From NCBI GenBank assembly GCA_963850905.1, contig CAWKMU010000003.1, positions 896,001 to 960,000 on the forward strand: DNA of 64,000 nucleotides, given 5' to 3'. Below, piece after piece: positions 1-9,316 of this stretch. Position numbers and translations under genes: made by a program. Numbering within the stretch: the first letter of the stretch is position 1; every line of letters begins with the position of its first letter. A model generated the notes under the pieces. The model saw only the letters and a list, made by a program, of their open reading frames with translations, did not search any database and had not been told where the DNA came from. Origin of the DNA: an uncultured Gemmatimonadales bacterium (GTDB lineage: Bacteria; Gemmatimonadota; Gemmatimonadetes; Gemmatimonadales; Gemmatimonadaceae).

Positions 1-967
1 CGATGGACACATTTGGTTTGAGACGGCCGATGAGGTACAGCCAGTGAGCGTCGGGCGAGTTGACCAGGTTGCGCTGCGGATCCAGCAGCGGTTGGACCGC
101 GATCGGAAGCCAGAATGCCCGGCGGATCCGCTCGCAGCTTCTCGCCGAAGAATCCGGGCGGCGCAACGCCAATGACCGTGACCGCCACGCCGCTCACGTC
201 GAGTGTCGACCCGATCGCGGCGGGGTTGTCGCCGAACACACGCTTCCAGTACTCGAAGCTGATCACCGCGACCGGTGGCGCCAATGCCGAATCGTCCGAT
301 GGAGCAAAGGTCCGGCCGAGTGCGGCAGGGACACCGAGCACGCTGAAATAGTTGCCCGACACGAGCGTCGCTCGAGCCGGCTGGGCCTCCGTCCAATTTG
401 CACGTCGCACGCTCACCCGCGTCTGATCGCCGCTCTGAACGGCCGCCAGGCCATCAAAGAGATCCAGTGCGTCGAGGTGTCGGTAGAGATCGACCGAGTA
501 GACCCAGAAGGACCGCGCTTGCGCCGTCCCGACGCCCTCCCCCCGCGCGTCGCCGAGCAGAAGCAAGCCGGCCGGATCACGAATGGGGAGCGACTTGAGG
601 AGGACGGCGTTGACAAGTGTGAAGATGGCCGTGTTGGCGCCGATACCGAGCGCGAGGCTCAGTACGGCAACCGCGGTGAAGCTTGGCGCCTTGCGCAGCT
701 GTCGGAGCGCGAAGCGAACGTCCTGCACGAAATCCTCGGCCCACCGCCCACTCCACAGCTCTCGACTGATTTCCTTGAGTTGGGTTGCGTTGCCAAACCG
801 CCGCCGAGCGGCCAGCACCGCCCCCTCGTCAGTCAATGCTCGCTCGCACGCAGCTGCTCGGCACGAAGGTCGGTGTGCAGCCGCATCTCCTCATCGAGAT
901 CGGCACTGAACTGGTCGCGGTGGACCCAGAATTGGAGGCGACGCCACAGCTCACCAGGTGACGGCAC
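1..967 (-). CDS. ADOP-family duplicated ABC permease, 5' part, runs off window; two apparent 1-nt frameshifts (~838, ~118)
   Basis: GTG at 967 with AGGAG RBS. Manual translation across frames gives ELWRRL..DLDEEMRLH / ARRRFGN..QDVRFALRQLRKAPSFTAVAVLSLALGIGANTAIF..VSGNYFSVLG / FWLPI..HWLYLIGRLKP, all typical ADOP/MacB motifs. Lies directly downstream of PadR. Confidence 0.85.
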
Positions 968-975
968 TCTCACTC

Positions 976-1308
976 CTAGGCCGGGCGCAGAATGCGCGCG
1001 ATCGCGAACGACACTCGGCGATACGACTCGATTGCATCGGCCAGTTGTTTCTTGCCTGCCGGTGTCAGGCGGTAATACCGCGCGCGCCTGTTGCCAGCCG
1101 TCCTGCTCCATTCTCCAATGATCCATCCCTTAATGAGTATCCGCTGAAGCGCCGGATACAGCGACCCCTCCTCGACCTGAAGCACATCCTGTGATGTCCG
1201 CTGGATGGCGCTGGCGATTTCGAATCCGTGCATCGGACCGCCTCCCGACAGCGTCTTGAGAATGACCATGTCGAGGGTGCCAGGCGGGATCGGCTCATGC
1301 GGCGTCAT
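976..1308 (-). CDS. PadR-family transcriptional regulator (acidobacterial ADOP-associated type)
   Basis: GTLDMVILKTL, HGFEIA, EEGSLYPALQR, RRARYYRLTPAG motifs; ATG at 1308 (ORF track start 1314). Confidence 0.93.
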   Translation of the reverse strand: MTPHEPIPPGTLDMVILKTLSGGGPMHGFEIASAIQRTSQDVLQVEEGSLYPALQRILIKGWIIGEWSRTAGNRRARYYRLTPAGKKQLADAIESYRRVSFAIARILRPA

Positions 1309-1312
1309 CGTC

Positions 1313-1329
1313 ACATAGACAGTCTATGT
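1313..1329. promoter_or_regulatory. Perfect palindrome ACATAGAC-A-GTCTATGT, candidate PadR operator
   Basis: 8-bp perfect inverted repeat with 1-nt spacer immediately 5' of the padR start. Confidence 0.65.
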
Positions 1330-1397
1330 TAGTGTCGCGATCCGGTCAATGTCCTGCCCGTTGGGCGCACGTCGGCGGTCCGAGACGACGTCGCGTC

Positions 1398-3299
1398 TTA
1401 CGGCGCCGCGCGCGCCATTCGCCACGACACCGCGCACAATCCCCCGAACGTCAGCAATGCCCACACGGGCGATTGCAGAACGCCCCACCCGAGGCGTGTA
1501 CCGAGGTCCATTCGATCAAGACCGCCAGTGCTGGCGAGCACGGCGATGGCGATCGCGCAGATCGCGCCGCCGGCGATGAGGCCCGAGCTGTAGAGCACAC
1601 CAGGCCGGAAGGGGTCCTCCAGTCCAGTGGCCGTTTTGGGGCCGGCCCCTGCGGCAATGCCGGCACCCACGAGGAGGGTCGCCGTCGCAGAGAGCGGTAA
1701 GTACATGCCGACCGCAAATGGCAATGACCGCACGCCGGTGAGCTCGAGCACGAAGGCGATCACCACTCCGGCGAGCAACAGCGGCCAGCGCATCCGGTCG
1801 TTGAGCAAGCCGTCCACGAGGATCGACATGACCTGCGCCTGCGGCGCCGGCAGCAGCGCCGACCCGATTCGCTGCGTGTCGTTGAGCCACATCAGCGTAA
1901 AGCCAATGAGCAGTACCGACGTTAGGACGCCCACCAGCAAACCGAGTTGCTGGAGGCGGGGTGACGCCCCGACGAGGTACCCCGTCTTGAGGTCTTGTGC
2001 GGTGGTGCCGGCGTTCGATGCGGCGATGCAGACGACCGCGCCGATGCTGATCGCAATGATTTCGTACGCGTGCCCGGTCCAACCAGCGGCGACGAACAGC
2101 AGGCACGTCAACATCAGGACGGCGATGGTGATGCCCGAGATTGGATTCGCCGACGAGCCCATGATGCCGGTGATGCGCGCAGACACGACGACGAAGAAGA
2201 AGCCAAAGACCGCGACGAGCATCACCGCGACGCCTGCGCTGGCGGCGTGCGCGCCAAGCCTCCACACGAGCAGGGCGCCGAGTACGCCCAACATGGCAAC
2301 GGTCCCTCCCACGACGGTCCGAGCGCCGAGGTCCGCGTCCTGTGAGTTCGTGGTCTCAGTCGCCCCGCCTGCTCCCGGAGGCGCGCCGGACTGGCCCACG
2401 CCGGGTAGGGGCGACACCTGCGTCGCCTTGTGCCGGCGCAGCGATCGCCAGACGGTCGGCAGCGCTTCTACGACGAGTCGGACGCCGCCAGTGATCACGC
2501 CGCCGGCTCCGATGTAGCGAATGTAGCTCGACCAGATGTCGCCGGGGCTCATTTGCGCAATGGGAATGGTCGAGGGATAGATCGGTGTCGAGAGCTGCGC
2601 TCCGAAGAAGTAGATCAACGGAATCAGCACAACCGCCGACATGATCGACCCCGCGAAGATCACGCGCGCGACCGGCAGACCGATCAAGGCGCCAATGCCG
2701 AGCAACTCCGGCGAGAGATCGAGGCTCAGCGCCGCACCTCGCAGGCCGGGGATCGCCCATTCGAGCATCGATCGGGAGAGGTGCAGCGCGCTCACGGCAA
2801 GCTTGTAGAGCGCTCCGACCGCAAGCCCGAGGAACACCGGGCGCGCGAACGTGCCCCCGCGTTCGCCGGCGATCAGGATGTCCGCGCACGCGGTTCCCTC
2901 GGGGTAGGTGAGTCGACCGTGCTCTTCGACGACGAGGTGCCGCCGGAGCGGCACCATGAAGAGCACGCCGAGGATCCCGCCAACGAGCGCCAACCAGAAA
3001 ATGCGCCACAGCTCGAGCTGGTAGCCGAGGAAAAGGAGGGCCGGGAAGGTGTAGACCGCCCCGGCGGCGATGGACTCGCCCGCTGATCCGACGGTTTGGA
3101 CAATGTTCTGCTCGAGCACCGACGGCCGGCCAAGGCGCTTGAACAGCGTGATGGCGATGACGGCAATGGGAATCGACGCGCTGAAGTTGAGACCGACGCG
3201 CAGCGCGATGTAGACGGTAACCAGCCCAAAGACGACGCCGAGAACGGCGCCGAGCGCCACGGCCCGGACGGTGAGCTCCGCGTGGCGCACGCGCGGCAT
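1398..3299 (-). CDS. OPT-family oligopeptide transporter
   Basis: ELTVRAVALG, SASIPIAVI, EQNIVQTVGSAGES, YPEGTACA, QDLKTGYLVG, LPAPQA motifs; many TM segments. Confidence 0.95.
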   Translation of the reverse strand: MPRVRHAELTVRAVALGAVLGVVFGLVTVYIALRVGLNFSASIPIAVIAITLFKRLGRPSVLEQNIVQTVGSAGESIAAGAVYTFPALLFLGYQLELWRIFWLALVGGILGVLFMVPLRRHLVVEEHGRLTYPEGTACADILIAGERGGTFARPVFLGLAVGALYKLAVSALHLSRSMLEWAIPGLRGAALSLDLSPELLGIGALIGLPVARVIFAGSIMSAVVLIPLIYFFGAQLSTPIYPSTIPIAQMSPGDIWSSYIRYIGAGGVITGGVRLVVEALPTVWRSLRRHKATQVSPLPGVGQSGAPPGAGGATETTNSQDADLGARTVVGGTVAMLGVLGALLVWRLGAHAASAGVAVMLVAVFGFFFVVVSARITGIMGSSANPISGITIAVLMLTCLLFVAAGWTGHAYEIIAISIGAVVCIAASNAGTTAQDLKTGYLVGASPRLQQLGLLVGVLTSVLLIGFTLMWLNDTQRIGSALLPAPQAQVMSILVDGLLNDRMRWPLLLAGVVIAFVLELTGVRSLPFAVGMYLPLSATATLLVGAGIAAGAGPKTATGLEDPFRPGVLYSSGLIAGGAICAIAIAVLASTGGLDRMDLGTRLGWGVLQSPVWALLTFGGLCAVSWRMARAAP

Positions 3300-3304
3300 C
3301 TCGC

Positions 3305-4285
3305 CTACAGACGCAGTAGGCGAGACGCGTTGCCGCCGAGGATGGCGGCTCGATCGGGGTCCGGTATCGGCAGCGCCTTCAGACTCTGGAGCATGAGAGG
3401 TATGCTCCCGATCTGGTGCGGATAGTCGCTCCCCGCAAGCACGTGGTCGGCGCCGGCAAAGGCGACCCCGAGCTGGAGCGCACGGACGTCGAAATTCACG
3501 GTGTCGTAGTAAAAATCGCGCAGGTAGTCGCTCGGCGGCCGGTCAATGTGCACGCGGCACTCGCTGAACGCGTGAAAGCCGCGGTCCAACCGCTCGACGA
3601 GATACGGGATGGCGCCACCGAGATGCCCGAGTACCCAGCGGATGCGCGGGAAGCGTTCGGCGACGCCGCTGAACACGAGGCTTGACGCTGCCAGCGTCGT
3701 GTCGAAGAGGAAGCCGACGAGCGGCATCAACCAATACTCGCGCATCTGGTCGACGTTGATCGGATTCGTCGGATGTATGTGCAGAATCGCCTCGCGGTCG
3801 TTGGCGATTTCGTACAGCGGCCAGAACCGTTGGTCGCTCAGCATGACGCCGTTGACGTTGCTGAAGAGCATGGCGCCTCGGAATCCGAGAGCGGTGGTCG
3901 CCCGATCGAACTCCGCCGCCGCGGCCGCCGGATCGTTGAGCGGCAGAGTGGCCAGCGCGGCGAACCGGCCTCGTTTGGTTCGCACGACCTCGGCGAACGC
4001 ATCATTGACCACGCGCGAGAGTCGGAGCGCGACCGGCGGCGTTTCGACGTGGGTGCCAGGGGTGGTCAGGGAGATCACTTGCGTGTCGACGCCGTGCTCG
4101 ATCAGGACCTGCTCGCGATAGTCGATGTCCCGGTGGCCGGGAACCGCGACGTTGTAGTCGCCCGGGTAGTGCAGGCAGGGATTCCCGTGGCTGTCCGTGG
4201 TGATACGCACCACACTTGGGCCCGCGCGCAACGCGTCGAGATAGGCAGGTGGATAGTAGTGGTCGTGGAAGTCGATGATGGGCAT
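3305..4285 (-). CDS. Amidohydrolase_2 family metal-dependent hydrolase/decarboxylase (ACMSD-like)
   Basis: IIDFHDH, HIHP, HLGGAIP, YYDT, GSDYPH motifs; start re-set to MPIIDF at 4285. Confidence 0.9.
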   Translation of the reverse strand: MPIIDFHDHYYPPAYLDALRAGPSVVRITTDSHGNPCLHYPGDYNVAVPGHRDIDYREQVLIEHGVDTQVISLTTPGTHVETPPVALRLSRVVNDAFAEVVRTKRGRFAALATLPLNDPAAAAAEFDRATTALGFRGAMLFSNVNGVMLSDQRFWPLYEIANDREAILHIHPTNPINVDQMREYWLMPLVGFLFDTTLAASSLVFSGVAERFPRIRWVLGHLGGAIPYLVERLDRGFHAFSECRVHIDRPPSDYLRDFYYDTVNFDVRALQLGVAFAGADHVLAGSDYPHQIGSIPLMLQSLKALPIPDPDRAAILGGNASRLLRL

Positions 4286-4350
4286 TGGCGGGAGAGGGGG
4301 AAGGTGTGCACCAGAAGTAGCACAGTGACCCCCCGGGCGCAAAGCGCCGG

Positions 4351-4422
4351 AGAGAGTAGAAGCACAGAAAGTAGACGAGGACCGCCCGGTCTACTTTCTA
4401 CTCTCTAGAGGTCTACTTTCTC
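4351..4422. repeat. Inverted-repeat element with AAAGTAG-type heptamer arms
   Basis: GAGAGTAGAAGCACAGAAAGTAGA..TCTACTTTCTACTCTCTAG..CTACTTTCTC; similar to 25494-25589. Confidence 0.7.
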
Positions 4423-4448
4423 GGGCGCGTTAGCGCCCGCCGCGTGCG

Positions 4449-7400
4449 CTAGCCCGCCCGCCGCATCGGGCCGGGCGTTGCCCTCACCACATCGATCAGT
4501 TCCGCCGGGTAGCCACGTAGCGTTTCCATCCGAATCGCCGTGAACACGCGGATCGCCGCTGGTGTCGGCAGGAGGCCCACACACTGGTTCCGGCCGAAGT
4601 CTTTCGCGAGATACAGCGCGTGATCCGCCAGCTCGATCACGTTCTCCATCGTCAACGGGTCTCCCGCGCCGCTGATCCAGGGGAACGGCGCCCAACCGAC
4701 CGAGCAGGTTTTGTAGAGCCGAATCCCGGCGCCGAGGTCGAACGGCTCCGCGCACACCTCTTCGATGATGCGCTTGGCCAGCAAGACTCCGGAGGAGCGG
4801 TCGGTGCCGCGGCAGATCATCAAAAACTCTTCGCCGCCCCATCGAATGAGCACGTCGGAAGTACGCATCCACCGCGACAGACGATCCGCAAAAGCCTGCA
4901 GTAGGCGATCACCGACCGCGTGCCCGTACACGTCGTTCACGACTTTGAAGGCGTCGATGTCGACCATGAGCAGCAATAATTCGCCGCCATATTCTGGCCG
5001 GACGCCGCCGGGACTCGCGCTCCACGCTCGTCGGACGTGAGCGACTTCGCCTTCGATGATCTCCTGGAAGTACCGCCGATTGCGGAGTCGGGTCAGGGGA
5101 TCGGTGAGCGACATCTCGTGCAGCTCACGATTCTTGTCCACGAGCTCCGCGTTACGCGCGGCGACCGCCTGCTCGAGCTCCCGCCGCCGCATTTCGAGCG
5201 CGCGGGTGCGCAACCGTATCAGACCCCAGATGAGAGCCCACGCGATCGCCCCCTCCGCGAGTCGCGCCATCCAAGTGTCCCACCATGCTGGCGCGATGAC
5301 AAATCGAAAGGAGGCCGGCACCTGCGTCCACCCCGATGACTCCCGCCGGCACATGATGAGAAGCTCGTAGTGCCCCGGAGGCAGCGCCGGATACCGGATG
5401 TCGCGCGCGCTCGCGAGCGTGAAGGCGGTCTCGAATGGCGCGAGTCGGTGCTGGCACTCGACTTGGTCCGGGTTGCTCAGCGTGAGTGGCGTGAACGAGA
5501 CATCGAGTGTACCCGCATCGTGCGCGACTTCGCCGGGTGTGTCGAGGCGTTGCTCGCGGCCCCCGAGCGACGCGCTGGTGATCGCGACACCGGGCGCCGC
5601 CGGATGCGTCAGCTCCGCGTCCGGCGCAAATCGGGCCAGCCCTCGTGACGTCGCGATCATGAAGCTGCCGTCGTCCTCCTCGCGTACACCATCGGGACCG
5701 ACGTCGTCCCAGATGAGCCCGTCCGAGTGATTCAGTGTGCGGAGATCACCATCGGGCGCGACGACCGACAGGCCGTTCCGACCGTTGAACCACACACGCC
5801 CCTTCGAGTCGGCGGCGACGACCGCGAGCTCCCACGGATATTGCTGTGCGCGCACGGCACCCCGCGCGTCCAGCTTCAGGTGTGTGACCTGCGGCACGTC
5901 GTTGTACCCCACCCAGACGTCCCGATCGTCGAGTGCAACGATGCTCGTCACCGCCCTGCCCGCGATGCCATCGACCGCCGTGAACACCCTCCACTTCGCG
6001 CCGTCGAAGCGAGCCACCGTTCCGTTGCCCGTCGCCCAGAGCACGCCGTTGGGCGCAAAGTGCATGTACCAGACCTGAGCCTGCATCGCGTCTGGCAACG
6101 GCACGACAATGGGATGGGGCGCCGCGAATCGAGGATCGAATCGCACGAGCTTGTAGCGCGTCGTCGCCCAGATCGTTCCGTCCGGAGCCACTGCCTCGTA
6201 CAAGTAGGGTTTCTGATCGAAGGCGCGTGAGGTGACCATGTGCAGTGTCACGGGATCAATCCGAATGAGCCCGCCTGTCGGCGACATTGCCCAGATCGAT
6301 CCGTCGTGCGCGACGGCCAGTTGGTCAACCTCCTGATCGGCGTTACCCGCACGGTCACGCGGGCGAAGCCAACGATGATGCGCCGGATCCCACACGCCGA
6401 TCCCCTGCGACGTCCCGACCCAGAGCCGCCCGAAACGATCGCGTACGGTCGACCAGGTCGTGTTCGCCGGTAAACCCTCAGCAGTCGTCCAGGCAGCCCA
6501 ATTGCGCATGCCGACCACGCGATCGAGACCAGTTCCAAACTCGCCCAACCACAAGGCGCCTTCCCGGTCCTCGAGGGCGATTTGGACGCCGTTGCCCGTG
6601 AGACCCTGCGTTTCGGAGATGCACCGCCACCGATCCCGATCGCGCCAGAACAGGCCCGCCACCGACGGGATCAACACATGCCCCTCGCGATCGAGACTCG
6701 GCTTGCCGAACACAGGGTTCGCCGGCGCGACACCAGCATCATCAAATGTGACGGTGTGGTGCGCAACATCAATGCGGGCGACGTGCGGCGCAGTGCGCAG
6801 CCACAGCTCGTGCGCCGTATCGAAGATCAATCCGAGGTACGGACCTTCAGGTAACACGATGGTCGAGTCGATCGTGAACGTGGTTGATCCAGGCTGGAAG
6901 TGACCAAGCCGTCGACCGGCGGTGAACCACACCACGTCGTCGGGACCGAGCACCAGCATCCCTGCTTCGCCCGGCAGTCCGCGTGTAGCATCCAGGACCT
7001 GTACCGGTTGGGCCGGGTCGCGTGGGATGAAGACAATCCCCTGCTCAGACGCGACATACGCGTTGCCGGCCCGGTCGATCGCGAATGCCTGGCTCGATCG
7101 GTTGATACCGTGCACCGAGCGTGGCAGGCGGAGCGGAACGAACCGGCCGCCCGTGTAGTGTGCGATCCCCAGAAACCCCTTGAACCACAGGGAGCTGTCC
7201 GGTCCGACCAGCATGTCATCTACGTAGTGACCGACCAAGGCGTCGGTTCCTGTCATCTGCTGGACCCGCGAACCATCGTACCTGAACACACCAGTCTGCG
7301 TCGCGATCCAGAGCGCGCCCGATCGATCCTGTGCCAGACCGTTGACCGCCGCGACGCCCAGGCCGAAACGATCGCCGAAGTGTTGCACCGTGTAGCGCGC

Positions 7401-7739
7401 CCCATCGGGGAATCCGAGGGACGTACCGTGCGTGGCGGGCTCGCCTGGCGCCAAAGACTGCGGCGTCCTGGGGGAGGGCGGCGCAGCCTGCGGAGCGGGG
7501 GATCGCCCAGCCGGTGTCTGAGGAGTGGCCAAGTGGGGCCAGCCTGACGGCCAGCTCGCCATCGCCAATGCGGCGACGAGCAGTGCCGAACGCCTCGGCC
7601 CGCGCGGCGCAGCGGTGGTGGGCCTCTCGGCGCTCAGGCGACCCCCTGCGGGGCGGCTCCCCACGCGACGCCCCGCGGCGTCGGCTGGGGGGCCCGGTGG
7701 CCCGGCACATCGACCCGGCCAAGAAAGAAAAAATCCCAT
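4449..7739 (-). CDS. Membrane sensor diguanylate cyclase: two-component-regulator beta-propeller + Y_Y_Y domain + TM + GGDEF
   Basis: Repeated DRxGxLWxGT propeller motifs, LPPGHYEL, APAWWDTW then TM, TDPLTRLRNRRYF, DIDAFKVVNDVYGHAVGD, RTSD I-site, GGEEF. Start uncertain. Confidence 0.92.
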   Translation of the reverse strand: MGFFLSWPGRCAGPPGPPADAAGRRVGSRPAGGRLSAERPTTAAPRGPRRSALLVAALAMASWPSGWPHLATPQTPAGRSPAPQAAPPSPRTPQSLAPGEPATHGTSLGFPDGARYTVQHFGDRFGLGVAAVNGLAQDRSGALWIATQTGVFRYDGSRVQQMTGTDALVGHYVDDMLVGPDSSLWFKGFLGIAHYTGGRFVPLRLPRSVHGINRSSQAFAIDRAGNAYVASEQGIVFIPRDPAQPVQVLDATRGLPGEAGMLVLGPDDVVWFTAGRRLGHFQPGSTTFTIDSTIVLPEGPYLGLIFDTAHELWLRTAPHVARIDVAHHTVTFDDAGVAPANPVFGKPSLDREGHVLIPSVAGLFWRDRDRWRCISETQGLTGNGVQIALEDREGALWLGEFGTGLDRVVGMRNWAAWTTAEGLPANTTWSTVRDRFGRLWVGTSQGIGVWDPAHHRWLRPRDRAGNADQEVDQLAVAHDGSIWAMSPTGGLIRIDPVTLHMVTSRAFDQKPYLYEAVAPDGTIWATTRYKLVRFDPRFAAPHPIVVPLPDAMQAQVWYMHFAPNGVLWATGNGTVARFDGAKWRVFTAVDGIAGRAVTSIVALDDRDVWVGYNDVPQVTHLKLDARGAVRAQQYPWELAVVAADSKGRVWFNGRNGLSVVAPDGDLRTLNHSDGLIWDDVGPDGVREEDDGSFMIATSRGLARFAPDAELTHPAAPGVAITSASLGGREQRLDTPGEVAHDAGTLDVSFTPLTLSNPDQVECQHRLAPFETAFTLASARDIRYPALPPGHYELLIMCRRESSGWTQVPASFRFVIAPAWWDTWMARLAEGAIAWALIWGLIRLRTRALEMRRRELEQAVAARNAELVDKNRELHEMSLTDPLTRLRNRRYFQEIIEGEVAHVRRAWSASPGGVRPEYGGELLLLMVDIDAFKVVNDVYGHAVGDRLLQAFADRLSRWMRTSDVLIRWGGEEFLMICRGTDRSSGVLLAKRIIEEVCAEPFDLGAGIRLYKTCSVGWAPFPWISGAGDPLTMENVIELADHALYLAKDFGRNQCVGLLPTPAAIRVFTAIRMETLRGYPAELIDVVRATPGPMRRAG

Positions 7740-7827
7740 TGCCTTAGGAGGACGAGGCAAGGGACACACGAGTGACGAGCCAGAACGGCCCGCGCGCGTT
7801 GCGCGGGCCGTTCTCAACGCGGAGGCG

Positions 7828-8418
7828 CTAGATGGTCATCCCGAAGGTGAACGGCGCGAACGACGTATGGCCGCCAGGTGTTTGCTCAACGCCTGCGAAG
7901 ATGTAGTGGTAGCGCCATTCCGCGAAGAAGCCGAACATGCCAAACCCGGACCGGAGGCCCAGCCCGCCGTTGATGCCAAATCCATTCATCAGGTACTGGA
8001 TCTCCGTGGGATCGCCCGGCGCGGCCTGCGGATTGAAAGCTTGCCCCGTCAGGTGGTAGTAACCCCCTCCACCGATCAGATATGGATGAATGATCGGGAT
8101 CGGAAACGTGTACACAGCGTTTGCCGTTGCGCTGTACACGCGATTCTGATAGACGCTGAGAAGCGTCGAGAACTGGTTGTACATCCCTTCGACCCGAACC
8201 GACACAGGCAGCACCGGCATCGAGACCGAAAATCCGGCGACAATGTTATATCCCAGACCGTTGTAGGCCGTCCCGTCTGGCAAGTTGCCGCGGAACGTGC
8301 CGCCGGCTCCAAACACGAGCCCGACCTGGCCAATGTCCTGAGCGTTGGCAGGTCGAATCGCCGGAATCAGCGCTGCAGCCGTGAACACCGCGCCCCACAC
8401 CATACGCCGTATCCGCAT
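7828..8418 (-). CDS. Outer-membrane beta-barrel protein (OmpA/porin-like, about 8 strands)
   Basis: Signal peptide (..PANAQ), alternating aromatic/Gly strands, PYLIGGGGYY, FFAEWRYHYIF. Confidence 0.75.
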   Translation of the reverse strand: MRIRRMVWGAVFTAAALIPAIRPANAQDIGQVGLVFGAGGTFRGNLPDGTAYNGLGYNIVAGFSVSMPVLPVSVRVEGMYNQFSTLLSVYQNRVYSATANAVYTFPIPIIHPYLIGGGGYYHLTGQAFNPQAAPGDPTEIQYLMNGFGINGGLGLRSGFGMFGFFAEWRYHYIFAGVEQTPGGHTSFAPFTFGMTI

Positions 8419-8543
8419 AGCTGTCCCACCCCCCGTTGGAGTGTTCGCCGTTCGGCCACAGGCGAGCGACCTCAGTCCGTGAGGCCCGGCCCCCGCAGCA
8501 GAACAAGCGGAATCTACGCCGCCTTTGCTACCCGGGACGAGAA

Positions 8544-9134
8544 TCAAGGGTCCTTGGAAACGGGTCCGGGCTCGACCGGCTCGGCGCTGACGGCGCGTGC
8601 GACGAGCTCGGGCAGAACACCGATGTTGGTCACGAGAGCGTCCGGGAGCTGGTGCCGCTCCCGAAGATATTCCGCGTCGTTGTATGCAAGCCAGACCGCG
8701 CCCGCGGCGTCTTCGAAGATCAGGACGCGCAGCGGCAGGTCGAGAGCGACCGTCGGGGCCGCAGCGACGAGCCGCGTCCCCGTCCGGGCGTTCCCAAACA
8801 CGATCTGGCGCATTGGCCGCATAGACAGTCCCGCCCGTCCTGCATCCCCGGCGAAATCAATGTCCCCCAGGATGTCGAAGCCACGTCCTTGCACGAGCGC
8901 CGTGAGTCGCCGTGCCGTTTCTCGCACCGAGTGTTGGCTCGTCTGGCGCACGAGCCCGTAGATCGCCGTCACTGCCGGCGGCAGCGGAATTGCCGACTGC
9001 GATGTGCGACCCAACGGCCCGCTCCAGGGTTCGGCAGGCCGAGGACCGAGCGGCTCGACTGGCGGAGGCGGTGGGTGGCCCTTCACCGCTGGAGGGCTGT
9101 GTGCGCGCTCTTTCGGATCCATGGCGTCGGCCAT
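8544..9134 (-). CDS. DUF302 domain protein with Pro-rich N-terminal extension
   Basis: IDFAGDA..GLSMRP..IVFGNARTGT..ALDLPLRVLIFED. Confidence 0.85.
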   Translation of the reverse strand: MADAMDPKERAHSPPAVKGHPPPPPVEPLGPRPAEPWSGPLGRTSQSAIPLPPAVTAIYGLVRQTSQHSVRETARRLTALVQGRGFDILGDIDFAGDAGRAGLSMRPMRQIVFGNARTGTRLVAAAPTVALDLPLRVLIFEDAAGAVWLAYNDAEYLRERHQLPDALVTNIGVLPELVARAVSAEPVEPGPVSKDP

Positions 9135-9174
9135 TCGCAGGCTCGCAGTGCCGGTGAGATGGATTTATAGGTTA

Positions 9175-9313
9175 TGGACGTTAGACGCCAGACGCTGGAC
9201 GCTGGAGACAAACCTCGACGCCGGCTTGATGCACCGTGGCCGGCTTTGAGGTTTGTCTCTACCGTCCAGCGTCTACCGTCCAGCGTCTAGCGTCCAGCCG
9301 TCCAGCGTCCAGC
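9175..9313. repeat. Heptamer-armed palindromic element (TAGACGC/TGGACGC arms + core hairpin)
   Basis: (T[A/G]GACGC)n-AGACAAACCTCGACGCCGGC-TTGATGCACCGTG-GCCGGCTTTGAGGTTTGTCTCT-(CGTCCAG/CGTCTA)n. Confidence 0.9.
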
Positions 9314-9316
9314 CCC

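Noticed and set aside
60..1121. Long antisense or alternate-frame ORFs (e.g. 60-1121, 7525-8961, 9236-10525, 10550-11701, 36246-37517, 52817-53977, 59494-60573)
   Set aside because: Shadows of real genes on the opposite strand in high-GC DNA; no recognisable motifs.
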